Assembly: GCA_001784435.1 (NCBI GenBank)
Contig: MFQZ01000001.1
Location: 220,742-284,741, forward strand
From: Candidatus Magasanikbacteria bacterium RIFOXYC2_FULL_42_28
GTDB taxonomy: Bacteria; Patescibacteriota; Patescibacteriia; Magasanikbacterales; GWA2-37-8
Reading direction: 5' to 3'
DNA: 64,000 bases
Shown here: positions 9,310-17,681 of the stretch, piece by piece
How the letters are laid out: each line of letters begins with the position of its first letter
Numbering within the stretch: the first letter of the stretch is position 1
Translations under genes and position numbers: made by a program
The notes under the pieces: generated by a model
The model's database searches: none
What the model was told of the DNA's origin: nothing
What the model saw: the letters and a program-made list of their open reading frames with translations, nothing else

Positions 9310-10452
9310 ATGGCTTTGACCGAAATTGAACAATTTAAACAGCTCGTTAGCGACAGCAAACATATTTTAATTGCCCTGCCGGCGCAAGCGGAAACGGACG
9401 CAACTGCGAGTGCTTTGGCTCTGCAATTATTTTTGACCGCTTCCCACAAGCAAGTTGACATTGTGTCGGCTGATTTTGTCATGCCAAAAAATTTAAAATT
9501 TTTAACCGGCGTGGAAAAAATTAAACCGGAATTGGAACATTTACAAAAATTTATTATTAAAGTGGATGTGTCCAAAGCAAAGATTGACTCCATCAGTTAT
9601 GATATCAAAGATAGTTGGCTTTCCATTTATTTAACCCCTCGCTCCGGCACCGTGGGCGCCTCGGATTTACGCACGGCTCAAACTACTTACCGCTATGATT
9701 TTGTAATTACTCTGGGCGCGCCCGACTTAGCGAGTTTGGGCGAGGTGTTTGCCAACAACACCGATTTATTTTATCGTTTGCCGATTATTAACATCGACAC
9801 GAACGCGGGTAACGAACGATTTGGAAAAATCAACTTCGTGGATTTGAGCGCCGCCGGCGTGGCCGAAATGCTTTTTAAATTATTACAACAAATTAATGAA
9901 CCGCAAATCACGGCCGAAATCGCGACCGCGCTTTTAACCGGCATTACCGCCGCGACGCACAGTTTTAAATCACCACATGTTTCGCCGTTGTCTTTAAAAC
10001 ACGCGAGCACGCTCGTGTCTATGGGCGCGGATCGGGAAAAAATTATCACTCATTTATACCGCACCAAAACTTTATCCGCGCTGAAAATGTGGGGGCAGGC
10101 CTTGGCGCATTTGAAATTTAATCCCGAATTAAAATTGGCCTCGGTGGTAATTACCCGCGATGATTTCACCCGTGCCGGCGCGCGCGCTGAAGAGTTGGCT
10201 GGTCTCGCTGAAGAATTAATTGGCAGTGCTCCCGAAGCGGAATTGACATTGTTAATGTATGAAGATCCGACTGATGGGGTAGTCAACGGCTTGCTTCACG
10301 CTAATTCTAAATATGATGCCAAACAATTGACCGCGGCCTTTGGAAGTGAAGGCAATAAAAAGCAGGCGCGGTTTATTTTGACCGGGGTGGATTTGGTGGG
10401 GGCGGAGGAGAAAGTGGTTGAGCAGCTGAAAAATTTAAATTCTAAATCTTAA
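9310..10452 (+). CDS. DHH/DHHA1-family (NrnA-like) protein with degenerate catalytic motifs
   Basis: DHH-like layout (ILIA..., IINIDTN, LLTGI, GA). ATG 9310 preferred because the 9100 start overlaps valS and crosses a repeat. Confidence 0.8.
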   Translation: MALTEIEQFKQLVSDSKHILIALPAQAETDATASALALQLFLTASHKQVDIVSADFVMPKNLKFLTGVEKIKPELEHLQKFIIKVDVSKAKIDSISYDIKDSWLSIYLTPRSGTVGASDLRTAQTTYRYDFVITLGAPDLASLGEVFANNTDLFYRLPIINIDTNAGNERFGKINFVDLSAAGVAEMLFKLLQQINEPQITAEIATALLTGITAATHSFKSPHVSPLSLKHASTLVSMGADREKIITHLYRTKTLSALKMWGQALAHLKFNPELKLASVVITRDDFTRAGARAEELAGLAEELIGSAPEAELTLLMYEDPTDGVVNGLLHANSKYDAKQLTAAFGSEGNKKQARFILTGVDLVGAEEKVVEQLKNLNSKS

Positions 10453-10471
10453 GCAAATTAAAAAACTAACT

Positions 10472-10504
10472 TGTCATTCCGACGACGAAGGAGGAATCTC
10501 TGTC
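10472..10504 (+). repeat. Family A element, intergenic
   Basis: TGTCATTCCGACGACGAAGGAGGAATCTCTGTC, nearly identical to the copies in prmC and queA. Confidence 0.92.
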
Positions 10505-10528
10505 CATTAGTAATCCGAAAAATTAATA

Positions 10529-10562
10529 ATCCACCCCGACGTTACATCGGGGTGGATTTTTT
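10529..10562 (+). terminator. Intrinsic terminator after the DHH gene
   Basis: ATCCACCCCGA / TCGGGGTGGAT stem followed by a T-tract. Confidence 0.8.
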
Positions 10563-10580
10563 GTGTTCCAATACATAGCC

Positions 10581-10658
10581 TTGACATTCATATATATATG
10601 TTAATAATAAGTGGTTGAGTCGGACAGTCTGACTCGCAAAACAACCTACACGAGGAGG
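10581..10658 (+). promoter_or_regulatory. Promoter and Shine-Dalgarno of GC-rich orphan gene 1
   Basis: TTGACA 10581-10586, AT-rich -10 at about 10602-10608, leader hairpin GAGTCGGA/TCTGACTC, AGGAGG 10653-10658. Confidence 0.65.
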
Positions 10659-10663
10659 CAGTC

Positions 10664-10981
10664 GTGAAAATGACCCTTGGTCAAATCGCCACGGACAGAA
10701 AAAAGACAGTCGTCGTCGTTCCGATCGGAGATGGCAAAAACCTGTCTCTCGAAGACGAGGAGTGGCTGACACTGGGAGCATTCCCCGACGTCATCATCGA
10801 GATCGACTCAGAGCGGGCCTTGCCGCTCGAGGCCTATCTGGTCAACGCCGACCAGCGACACCTGCTCATCTGCCCGAAGCACGGCCACACCATCAAGACG
10901 GCTGACGGTAAGCCCTGCGAATACGAGAATGGCCAGCGCAAGCTGTCCATTCAACCTACCAACCTGTACGCGGACAGCTGA
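10664..10981 (+). CDS. Orphan 105-aa protein with foreign, GC-rich codon usage
   Basis: AGGAGG before GTG; mostly C/G-ending codons; CPKHGH...C possible metal site. Confidence 0.75.
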   Translation: MKMTLGQIATDRKKTVVVVPIGDGKNLSLEDEEWLTLGAFPDVIIEIDSERALPLEAYLVNADQRHLLICPKHGHTIKTADGKPCEYENGQRKLSIQPTNLYADS

Positions 10982-11036
10982 ACTACACGCGACTCCTGCC
11001 AGAACCCCCAGGGCCTGCACATCGTTCTTTCCCACC

Positions 11037-11103
11037 TTCACATCCCAGGCCCGCCCATTCTTTACAATAAAAATTGCAAAGAGTGATAATCCTGGAATGT
11101 GAA
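11037..11103 (+). other. Long imperfect hairpin after orphan gene 1
   Basis: TTCACATCCCAGG/CCTGGAATGTGAA enclosing CATTCTTTACAAT/ATTGCAAAGAGTG. Confidence 0.75.
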
Positions 11104-11110
11104 TAAGTTT

Positions 11111-11144
11111 AAAAAAACGCTGTCAATTTTGACGGCGTTTTTTT
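11111..11144. terminator. Bidirectional intrinsic terminator
   Basis: A7-CGCTGTCAA-TT-TTGACGGCG-T7. Confidence 0.85.
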
Positions 11145-11192
11145 GGGGGAAATTTTGAAATTTTAAATTTGTTTAGAATCAGGAACAATCAG

Positions 11193-11201
11193 TTATCCAC
11201 A
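11193..11201 (+). promoter_or_regulatory. DnaA box
   Basis: Perfect TTATCCACA, 17 nt upstream of a consensus -35. Confidence 0.55.
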
Positions 11202-11218
11202 GCTTAATTGATTAAACA

Positions 11219-11247
11219 TTGACAAAATGCACTTTTTTAGGTATAAT
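11219..11247 (+). promoter_or_regulatory. Consensus sigma70 promoter facing the 3' end of NYN gene 2
   Basis: TTGACA-17 nt-TATAAT, with TTGACA at 11219-11224 and TATAAT at 11242-11247. Confidence 0.85.
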
Positions 11248-11252
11248 ACATG

Positions 11253-11321
11253 TGTAAGTTGGAAACAGCTTACAAACAAATCGTTGGCTTGAGGGTCCCC
11301 AAAGGATCCTTTTGGCTTTTT
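11253..11321 (+). ncRNA. Candidate two-hairpin small RNA convergent with NYN gene 2
   Basis: TGTAAGTTG-GAAA-CAGCTTACA, then GAGGGTCC-CCAAA-GGATCCTT and a U-rich tail; starts 6 nt after the -10. Confidence 0.55.
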
Positions 11322-11353
11322 ATAATAGCAACTAACCTAATTTTCGGGCATCC

Positions 11354-12121
11354 TTATAATAATTTATTCTTAAAATCGGCCGTAATTTCAGAAGATAATT
11401 CTTTAGAACGACAAATAAACTCTTTAATTTTCCGAATATCAAAAATACCCGCTTGACTTTGACCAAGCTCAACTGACACTCTCCTTGCGACCGCAAAAAT
11501 CATCACCTTCTTATTGTCATCTACCAACTGTTGGATTGGATCGGCAAAATCGCTATCCCCACTCCACAATATAAAATTATCAATATCGCCTTGGCTGTAA
11601 TCCAAAAGCATATCACGACCAATCTCAACGTCAAAATTACACTTCAACACTTTAAGTGCTTTGACACCACCGCGATTCATTTCCAGCAATTTAGAATTTA
11701 AAAATTCAATTGTCTCAACATCTAATTTATACAGAAACGGTTTAGCAATAAAATTGGCAATTACCGTCGGCGACCCAGGATCAATACCGGATACATCAAT
11801 TGACCAATTCATTACTTTAACCGGCTTCGTCTTTACTTCATAGCCGCAATCCGTGGCTGTTTTTGTATATACATTTTCTAACGGATCATTTTCCAACGTA
11901 CCATAATAAAATTTTACAATTTTTACCATCTCAAAAGAATCAAGTAGTTGCTTTAATCTTTTTAAATCAATGTGCCACCCTAACTTTTTTTGCCAATGTT
12001 TAACGTTAGCAAAATCAATATAAACATTAGTGGGCTTATCAAAAATCGCATCTAACTGTCTAATAATATCCGAAAATTTTTTAGCCAATTCAGCCACACG
12101 CGGCGTTTTTGGTTTGAACAT
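11354..12121 (-). CDS. NYN domain (LabA/DUF88, PIN-like) putative ribonuclease, long form
   Basis: VYIDFANV, KCNFDVEI and WSGDSDF motifs. Confidence 0.9.
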   Translation of the reverse strand: MFKPKTPRVAELAKKFSDIIRQLDAIFDKPTNVYIDFANVKHWQKKLGWHIDLKRLKQLLDSFEMVKIVKFYYGTLENDPLENVYTKTATDCGYEVKTKPVKVMNWSIDVSGIDPGSPTVIANFIAKPFLYKLDVETIEFLNSKLLEMNRGGVKALKVLKCNFDVEIGRDMLLDYSQGDIDNFILWSGDSDFADPIQQLVDDNKKVMIFAVARRVSVELGQSQAGIFDIRKIKEFICRSKELSSEITADFKNKLL

Positions 12122-12138
12122 AAAAAAATGACAGAATT

Positions 12139-13731
12139 TTATATCAACGGCACACCGGTCATTTCAGACGGCTTCTCCACTTCCATCAATTTCAAAACTG
12201 TCGGCGCGATATCAGCCAACACCCCGACCGGATGCATTAAGGACAAATCCCCTTCGGGCGGATCACCGGCCGGGCCGGCTTGGCCTTGAAAATCTTTGCC
12301 GATTATTAAAAGTGGCACCGGATTAGTGGTGTGCTCTTTATCAATTTCGCCGGTTTGTAAATTGATGGTTTCTTCGGCATTGCCATGATCGGCGGTCATA
12401 AGCATTACTCCGCCGGCGGCCAAAGTGTGTTCCACAATTTCACCCAACGCCTTGTCGGCGGCTTCACACCCCTTGATGGTCGCGTTCACGTCGCCGGTGT
12501 GCCCGACCATATCGGGGTTGGCCAAATTAACAATTACCAAATCATATTTTCCGCTATCAATCGCTTTGGACGCTTCTTTGGCCACGCCCGCGGCTGACAT
12601 CTGGGGCTCTTCGTTATAACTGGACACTTGCGGAGAAGGGATAAGCGAACGCTCTTCGCCCGGAAACGGATCTTCCACCGCGCCATTTAAAAAGTAAGTA
12701 ACATGCGCGTATTTTTCCGTTTCGGCCACATGAAATTGGGTCTTGCTTGCCTTACTAACTGTTTCAGCTAAACTGTTAATCACCACGACCGGTGGAAACG
12801 CTACACCAGACACAGGTAAATCTTTTTCATATTCAGTCATGGATACAAACCGCAAATCCCGCAAATATGGCCGATCAAATTTATCAAAACCGGGCAGGAC
12901 AAACGCCTTGGTTAATTGCCGACCGCGGTCAGGCCGAAAATTAAAAAATATCGCGCTATCCCCTTCTTTAAAAATTCCAATCGGTTCGCCTTTTTTGGTG
13001 ATGACTGTAGGAATGAATTCCTCATCATAAACTTTTTTCGCGTAAGAATCAGTAACGGCTTTAAGCGCGTCTTCGGCCGTTTGTTTGCTTTCGCCCAACG
13101 CCATCGCGCGATAGGCCTTTTCCACTCTGTCCCAACGGTTATCGCGGTCCATCGCATAATACCGGCCACAGACAGACGCGATTTTCCCAACTTTTAAACT
13201 ATTCATTTTATCTTGTAACCGACGCACAAAATCCGCGCCGGAATTATAAGGCGCATCGCGGCCGTCTAAAATTACGTGAATAAAAACATGATTTTTTAAA
13301 GTGGTGGAAATTTTTTGCTGACGGCATAAATCCAACAGCGCGTAGAGGTGGCTTTCGGCCGCGTGAATATTGCCGGCGGACAGTAATCCAATTAAATGCA
13401 AATCAGATTTTTTTTCTTTAACTTGATTTAAGGCGCGCGTAAAAGCGGTGTTGGTAAAAAAAGTGCCATCGGCAATGGTTTGGTTAATGCGCGGACAGGA
13501 TTGATAATACACTCGGCCAGCACCGATATTTAAATGCCCTACTTCGGAATTGCCCATTTCGCCAAACATAAGACCAACCTCATTGCCAGACGCAAACAAA
13601 GTCATCGCCGGATATTCTTTAATATACTTATTAAAGTTTTTCATCTGGGCGCGCGTAACCGCGTTGCCTTCTCCAGGTGGAGCAACGCCGAGGCCGTCGA
13701 AAATTGTGAGGACTACGGGTTTATAGGACAT
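12139..13731 (-). CDS. gpmI: 2,3-bisphosphoglycerate-independent phosphoglycerate mutase, copy 1
   Basis: MGNSEVGH, GRYYAMDRD, NFRPDR, ETEKYAHVT and TADHGN motifs. Confidence 0.96.
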   Translation of the reverse strand: MSYKPVVLTIFDGLGVAPPGEGNAVTRAQMKNFNKYIKEYPAMTLFASGNEVGLMFGEMGNSEVGHLNIGAGRVYYQSCPRINQTIADGTFFTNTAFTRALNQVKEKKSDLHLIGLLSAGNIHAAESHLYALLDLCRQQKISTTLKNHVFIHVILDGRDAPYNSGADFVRRLQDKMNSLKVGKIASVCGRYYAMDRDNRWDRVEKAYRAMALGESKQTAEDALKAVTDSYAKKVYDEEFIPTVITKKGEPIGIFKEGDSAIFFNFRPDRGRQLTKAFVLPGFDKFDRPYLRDLRFVSMTEYEKDLPVSGVAFPPVVVINSLAETVSKASKTQFHVAETEKYAHVTYFLNGAVEDPFPGEERSLIPSPQVSSYNEEPQMSAAGVAKEASKAIDSGKYDLVIVNLANPDMVGHTGDVNATIKGCEAADKALGEIVEHTLAAGGVMLMTADHGNAEETINLQTGEIDKEHTTNPVPLLIIGKDFQGQAGPAGDPPEGDLSLMHPVGVLADIAPTVLKLMEVEKPSEMTGVPLI

Positions 13732-13740
13732 AGTGTTATC

Positions 13741-13860
13741 AAATTCTAAACTCTAAATACTAAATTCTAAACAATTTCAAAATTCAAAATTCAAAAAGCT
13801 TAAAATTTAAATTTGGAACATTAGGGTTTATTTAGAATTTAGGGTTTAGTATTTAGAGCT
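13741..13860. repeat. Family B inverted heptamer element, (nnCTAAA)n...(TTTAGnn)n
   Basis: TTCTAAA CTCTAAA TACTAAA TTCTAAA ... TTTAGAA TTTAGGG TTTAGTA TTTAGAG. Confidence 0.9.
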
Positions 13861-15428
13861 TAATACAATGGTCTTCCCGTCATCTCCTTCGCTTTCGCAA
13901 TATTCATCATTTTTAAAAGTGTCGGTGCCACATCAGCCAAAATGCCGTTTCTTAGGCGCTTCGCTTTTCCACCAATTAAAATACATGGCACCGGACTAAA
14001 AGTATGTTCATTCATTTTTTCTTTGGTTTTGTGATTGATCATTACTTCGGCATTGCCATGATCGGCGACGATTAACGCCTGGCCGTGAATTTCCTTCAAA
14101 GTATTAATAATTTTTTTAACGGCCACGTCCATAGTCGCAATCCCTTTTTTGGCCGCGGCTAAATTGCCAGTGTGGCCCAACATGTCGGCGTTGGGGAAAT
14201 TTACGCAGATAAAATTATATTTCCCGGTTTTAAAATAATGGGAAATTTTTTGCGCCAATTGGGGCGCGTGCATTTGGGGTTTTTGCGCGTAAGAATGAAT
14301 TTTGTCCGAATGAATTAATTCGCGCTGTTCACCATTTAAGGCGTCAGGGTACCCGCCGTTGATAAAGTAAGTAACATGCGCGTATTTTTCCGTTTCCGAA
14401 ATATATAATTGTTTATAATGACCATCGATTACCGCCGGCAAACAATTTTTAATGTCTTCGGAGGGGAACGCTGTCAAAACATTGGGCAAGTCCGGTCCAA
14501 AATCCGTCATGGCCACAAAGCGAATATCTTTCGGAACATGGCAACGCGTGAATGACCCGGGATTTTTTTTATTAAAATCGGGCTGGACAAAGGATTTGGT
14601 AATTTGACGAGCGCGATCACTCCGAGCGTTGAAAAAGAAAATCACGTCATTGTCTTGGACTTTTGTCACTGGATGACCATGTTCGGTAATTACCGTCGGG
14701 GTAATATATTCATCGGTTTCGCCCCGGTTATACGCCTGAGCTATTGCGTCTTCGGCCGACACGGCTGTGTTGCCAACACAACCCACCAGCGCGTCGTGCG
14801 CTAATTTTATCCGTTCCCAAATTTTATTCCGATCCATGGCATAAAATCGCCCCATCACCGTGGCAATTTTTTCTGCGCCTTGCATTTTAGCGCGCAATGC
14901 AACTAAATATTTAGCGGCGGCATGCGGAGGAGAATCGCGGCCATCGGTAAATAAATGTAAATAAACTTTTTTCTGTTCTTCTCGGCGGAATAATTCCAAT
15001 AAAGCGTAAAGGTGTTCAGGATACGAATGCGCGCTCGCCCCGTCGGTCAACATCCCCATCACATGCACGGCGCTGTTATATTTTTTAGCGTGATACAACG
15101 CCTGTTTAAAAGCGGTATTTTTAAAGAATGTTCCATCGTGAATGGCTTCAGAAATTATTACTAAATCCTGTTTGACAATCCGACCGGCGCCGATGTTTAA
15201 ATGCCCGGCTTCGGAATTTCCTACTTGCTTCGGAAATAAACCGGCATATTGGCCGTAAGTTTTTAAAGTGGAATGAGGATATTTTTTAAAATATGAAAAG
15301 AGATTGGGCGCAGTCGCGGATGTAATCGCGTTGCCCGGATCGTCTTTTTTTCCAAACCCAAAACCATCCAAGATTATGAGGGCGGTTGATGGACGGATTA
15401 TTTTAGATTTAGAGTTAATTTTAATCAT
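13860..15428 (-). CDS. gpmI: 2,3-bisphosphoglycerate-independent phosphoglycerate mutase, copy 2
   Basis: VGNSEAGH, GRFYAMDR, ETEKYAHVT and ADHGN. Start moved to ATG 15428 because the upstream extension is repeat-derived. Confidence 0.95.
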   Translation of the reverse strand: MIKINSKSKIIRPSTALIILDGFGFGKKDDPGNAITSATAPNLFSYFKKYPHSTLKTYGQYAGLFPKQVGNSEAGHLNIGAGRIVKQDLVIISEAIHDGTFFKNTAFKQALYHAKKYNSAVHVMGMLTDGASAHSYPEHLYALLELFRREEQKKVYLHLFTDGRDSPPHAAAKYLVALRAKMQGAEKIATVMGRFYAMDRNKIWERIKLAHDALVGCVGNTAVSAEDAIAQAYNRGETDEYITPTVITEHGHPVTKVQDNDVIFFFNARSDRARQITKSFVQPDFNKKNPGSFTRCHVPKDIRFVAMTDFGPDLPNVLTAFPSEDIKNCLPAVIDGHYKQLYISETEKYAHVTYFINGGYPDALNGEQRELIHSDKIHSYAQKPQMHAPQLAQKISHYFKTGKYNFICVNFPNADMLGHTGNLAAAKKGIATMDVAVKKIINTLKEIHGQALIVADHGNAEVMINHKTKEKMNEHTFSPVPCILIGGKAKRLRNGILADVAPTLLKMMNIAKAKEMTGRPLY

Positions 15429-15432
15429 ACTA

Positions 15433-15463
15433 TTTGACATTGGAAATTGGAAATTTGACATTT
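15433..15463. repeat. Family B tract between eno and gpmI
   Basis: TTTGACA TTGGAAA TTGGAAA TTTGACA TTT; near-copy at 18854-18886. Confidence 0.85.
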
Positions 15464-15471
15464 CGCACACC

Positions 15472-16716
15472 TTATCTTCCCAACTCCAATTCAATTTCCA
15501 TCAACCGATTATACTTTTCCGTGCGCTCGGAACGCGAAATTGATGTTTTAATAAATTCAGCGTTGACGGCTACTGCTAAATCAGCAATAAAAGTATCGGA
15601 CGTCTCGCCACCGCGATGCGAAATAGTAACCTGATAGCCACTGTTTTTAACCAGCTGAATTGCCACCATAGTTTCGGTTACCGTGCCGATTTGATTCGGT
15701 TTGATAAGTACCGCGTTGGCAATTTTTTCTTTAACACCACGCGTGATCCGCTCGACATTAGTCACAAACAAATCATCGCCAATAAGTGAAACTTTACCAC
15801 CCAATTCTTTAGTTAAAATTTTCCAATTTTCCCAATCATCTTCGGCCAAACCGTCTTCAATGGAAAATAAGGGATATTTTTTCACCCATTGCTTAAAGGT
15901 CTCAATCATTTTCGCCGCGCGCCACGGTTGTTTTTTACTGATGAAATAATAATTGCCCTTGCTATACAATTCCGAAGCGGCCACATCTACCCCCAAAAAA
16001 ACCTGCTTACCCGGTTCCCAACCGGCGGATTTAATCGCTTCAATCATAATTTGCAAAGCGCGTTCGTTGCTGGACAATTCAGCCGCATAGCCACCCTCAT
16101 CACCCACGGAAGTATGATAACCCTTGCGCGCGAGCAAAGTGCCAAGAGCATGAAAAATTTGCGAGCCCATGCGCACGCGTTCACTGAAAATTTTATTGCG
16201 GGGAATAATTAAAAATTCCTGAATTGTCAACCCGCTGTCCGCGTGCCGGCCACCTTCAATTACCATCATCATGGGTACGGGCAAACGATATTCTTTTTCT
16301 TTTATGCCATAAACTTTGCGCAAATAGATATAAAGCGGCAAACGAGCGGCAGACGCACCCGCGCGCGCGAGCGCGAGTGAAACCGCCAAAGTAGCGTTGG
16401 CCCCTAGATTGGATTTATTTTTAGTGCCATCAAGTGTAATTAACATTTGGTCCAAAGCCGGCAAATCTTCCACTTCAAAACCGACTAATTTTTTAGCAAT
16501 TATGGTATTAACATTTTTCACCGCGCGCAATACTCCTTGCCCGCCATAGCGCTTGCCCCCATCGCGCAATTCCCGCGCTTCATGAACACCGGTCGAAACG
16601 CCGGATGGAACTTTGGCCACGGCCATAAGCCCATTTTCCAAAATAACTTTCGCCTCCACGGTCGGATTACCGCGTGAGTCCAAAATTTCGCGAGCGGTGA
16701 TTTGTTTGATTTTCAT
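15472..16716 (-). CDS. eno: Enolase
   Basis: REILDSRGNPTVE, VGDEGG, IGDDLFVTN and KPNQIG motifs. Confidence 0.97.
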   Translation of the reverse strand: MKIKQITAREILDSRGNPTVEAKVILENGLMAVAKVPSGVSTGVHEARELRDGGKRYGGQGVLRAVKNVNTIIAKKLVGFEVEDLPALDQMLITLDGTKNKSNLGANATLAVSLALARAGASAARLPLYIYLRKVYGIKEKEYRLPVPMMMVIEGGRHADSGLTIQEFLIIPRNKIFSERVRMGSQIFHALGTLLARKGYHTSVGDEGGYAAELSSNERALQIMIEAIKSAGWEPGKQVFLGVDVAASELYSKGNYYFISKKQPWRAAKMIETFKQWVKKYPLFSIEDGLAEDDWENWKILTKELGGKVSLIGDDLFVTNVERITRGVKEKIANAVLIKPNQIGTVTETMVAIQLVKNSGYQVTISHRGGETSDTFIADLAVAVNAEFIKTSISRSERTEKYNRLMEIELELGR

Positions 16717-16764
16717 AGAATAATTAAAAAAGTATCAACAATATTATACCATAATCTCGCCAAA

Positions 16765-16794
16765 TAAAAAAGAGCGCCTTCGACGCCCTTTTTT
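16765..16794. terminator. Probable intrinsic terminator after the SIMPL gene
   Basis: AAAAAAGAGCG...CGCCCTTTTTT. Confidence 0.6.
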
Positions 16795-16803
16795 GACTGA
16801 TAA

Positions 16804-17634
16804 CTACTGTAAAATCTCGTAGGTAATGCTCACATTCATCGCCACATCTTGACTGCCAGAGGCCACCCCCGGCTCGCCGCCGCCTTTTTCCGCGCCCATC
16901 ATGCTATACACCGGATATGGCCCGGGTGACGCGTCCCACTCTGAAAAACTAATCACTCCACCCAAGCGTACTCCCAAAGCGACCGCCATTTGACCAGCTT
17001 TTATTTGGGCATCTTCTAACGCCTTTTTGCGCGCCTCATTTTTTAAATTTTCCGGGTCATCAATGGTAAAATTTAAGCCCGAAACTTCTGTCGCGCCGTA
17101 TTTGCCAGCCAACCCCAACACCGCGCTCACTTTGCTTAAATCGCGAATTTTAACAGTGAGTTGATTGGAAACGCGATACCCTTGCAACACCTGGCCTTTT
17201 TCTTCAGTATAATTATAATCGGGATAAATCGTATAATTGCTTTGCAAATCTTTATCAGCCACGCCCATAGTTTGTAAGTCCGCCAAAATTTGATCCATTA
17301 CTTTTTTATTTTCCGCCTGCGCTTTAGAAACATCTTTGTCAGTGTTAGAGTGGCCAATCGTGGTAACAGCGATATCATTACTGCCACTCACTTTGCCATA
17401 ACCATTAATCGCGATTTGGCGTTCAAATTTATCGGCCTTGCCAATAAAATCATACTGCTTAATGTTATTACGAATAGTCGTGCCCAGCCAAAAAATCGCG
17501 TAGACCAATAGTACGCCAGCAAAAGTCCACAGCACTTTTTTGCCAAAATCCGCGCCCCAGCAACCGCCGCAGGCCTTATCGGCATTGACGGCGCAGCAAT
17601 TTTCTTTTACTTCTTTGACAAAATTATTTGCCAT
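16804..17634 (-). CDS. SIMPL (DUF541) domain protein
   Basis: Single TM, then IAINGYGKV, GYRVSNQLTVKIRD and ARKKALEDA. Confidence 0.88.
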   Translation of the reverse strand: MANNFVKEVKENCCAVNADKACGGCWGADFGKKVLWTFAGVLLVYAIFWLGTTIRNNIKQYDFIGKADKFERQIAINGYGKVSGSNDIAVTTIGHSNTDKDVSKAQAENKKVMDQILADLQTMGVADKDLQSNYTIYPDYNYTEEKGQVLQGYRVSNQLTVKIRDLSKVSAVLGLAGKYGATEVSGLNFTIDDPENLKNEARKKALEDAQIKAGQMAVALGVRLGGVISFSEWDASPGPYPVYSMMGAEKGGGEPGVASGSQDVAMNVSITYEILQ

Positions 17635-17647
17635 ATGATTATAGATT

Positions 17648-17677
17648 ATCCCGCCTACGGGATCCCGCTTGGCGGGA
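17648..17677. repeat. Overlapping TCCCG/CGGGA palindromes, related to family A loops
   Basis: ATCCCGCCTACGGGATCCCGCTTGGCGGGA. Confidence 0.6.
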
Positions 17678-17681
17678 AAAA

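Noticed and set aside
11151-11250. Replication origin
   Set aside because: Only one DnaA box, no box cluster, and no dnaA or dnaN nearby.
11250-11456. 68-aa + strand ORF as the product of the consensus promoter
   Set aside because: Its ATG is only 2 nt after the -10 box, so upstream of the likely start site. It runs through two hairpins and antisense into NYN, and has no recognisable features.
15429-15494. Extended N-termini of gpmI-2, uvrB (53080-53175), gyrB (55338-55361) and the nucleotidyltransferase (61925-61942)
   Set aside because: The extensions translate intergenic repeats (SNFQFPMSN, ISNFQSISK, NFEL, MTID), so downstream ATGs were used.
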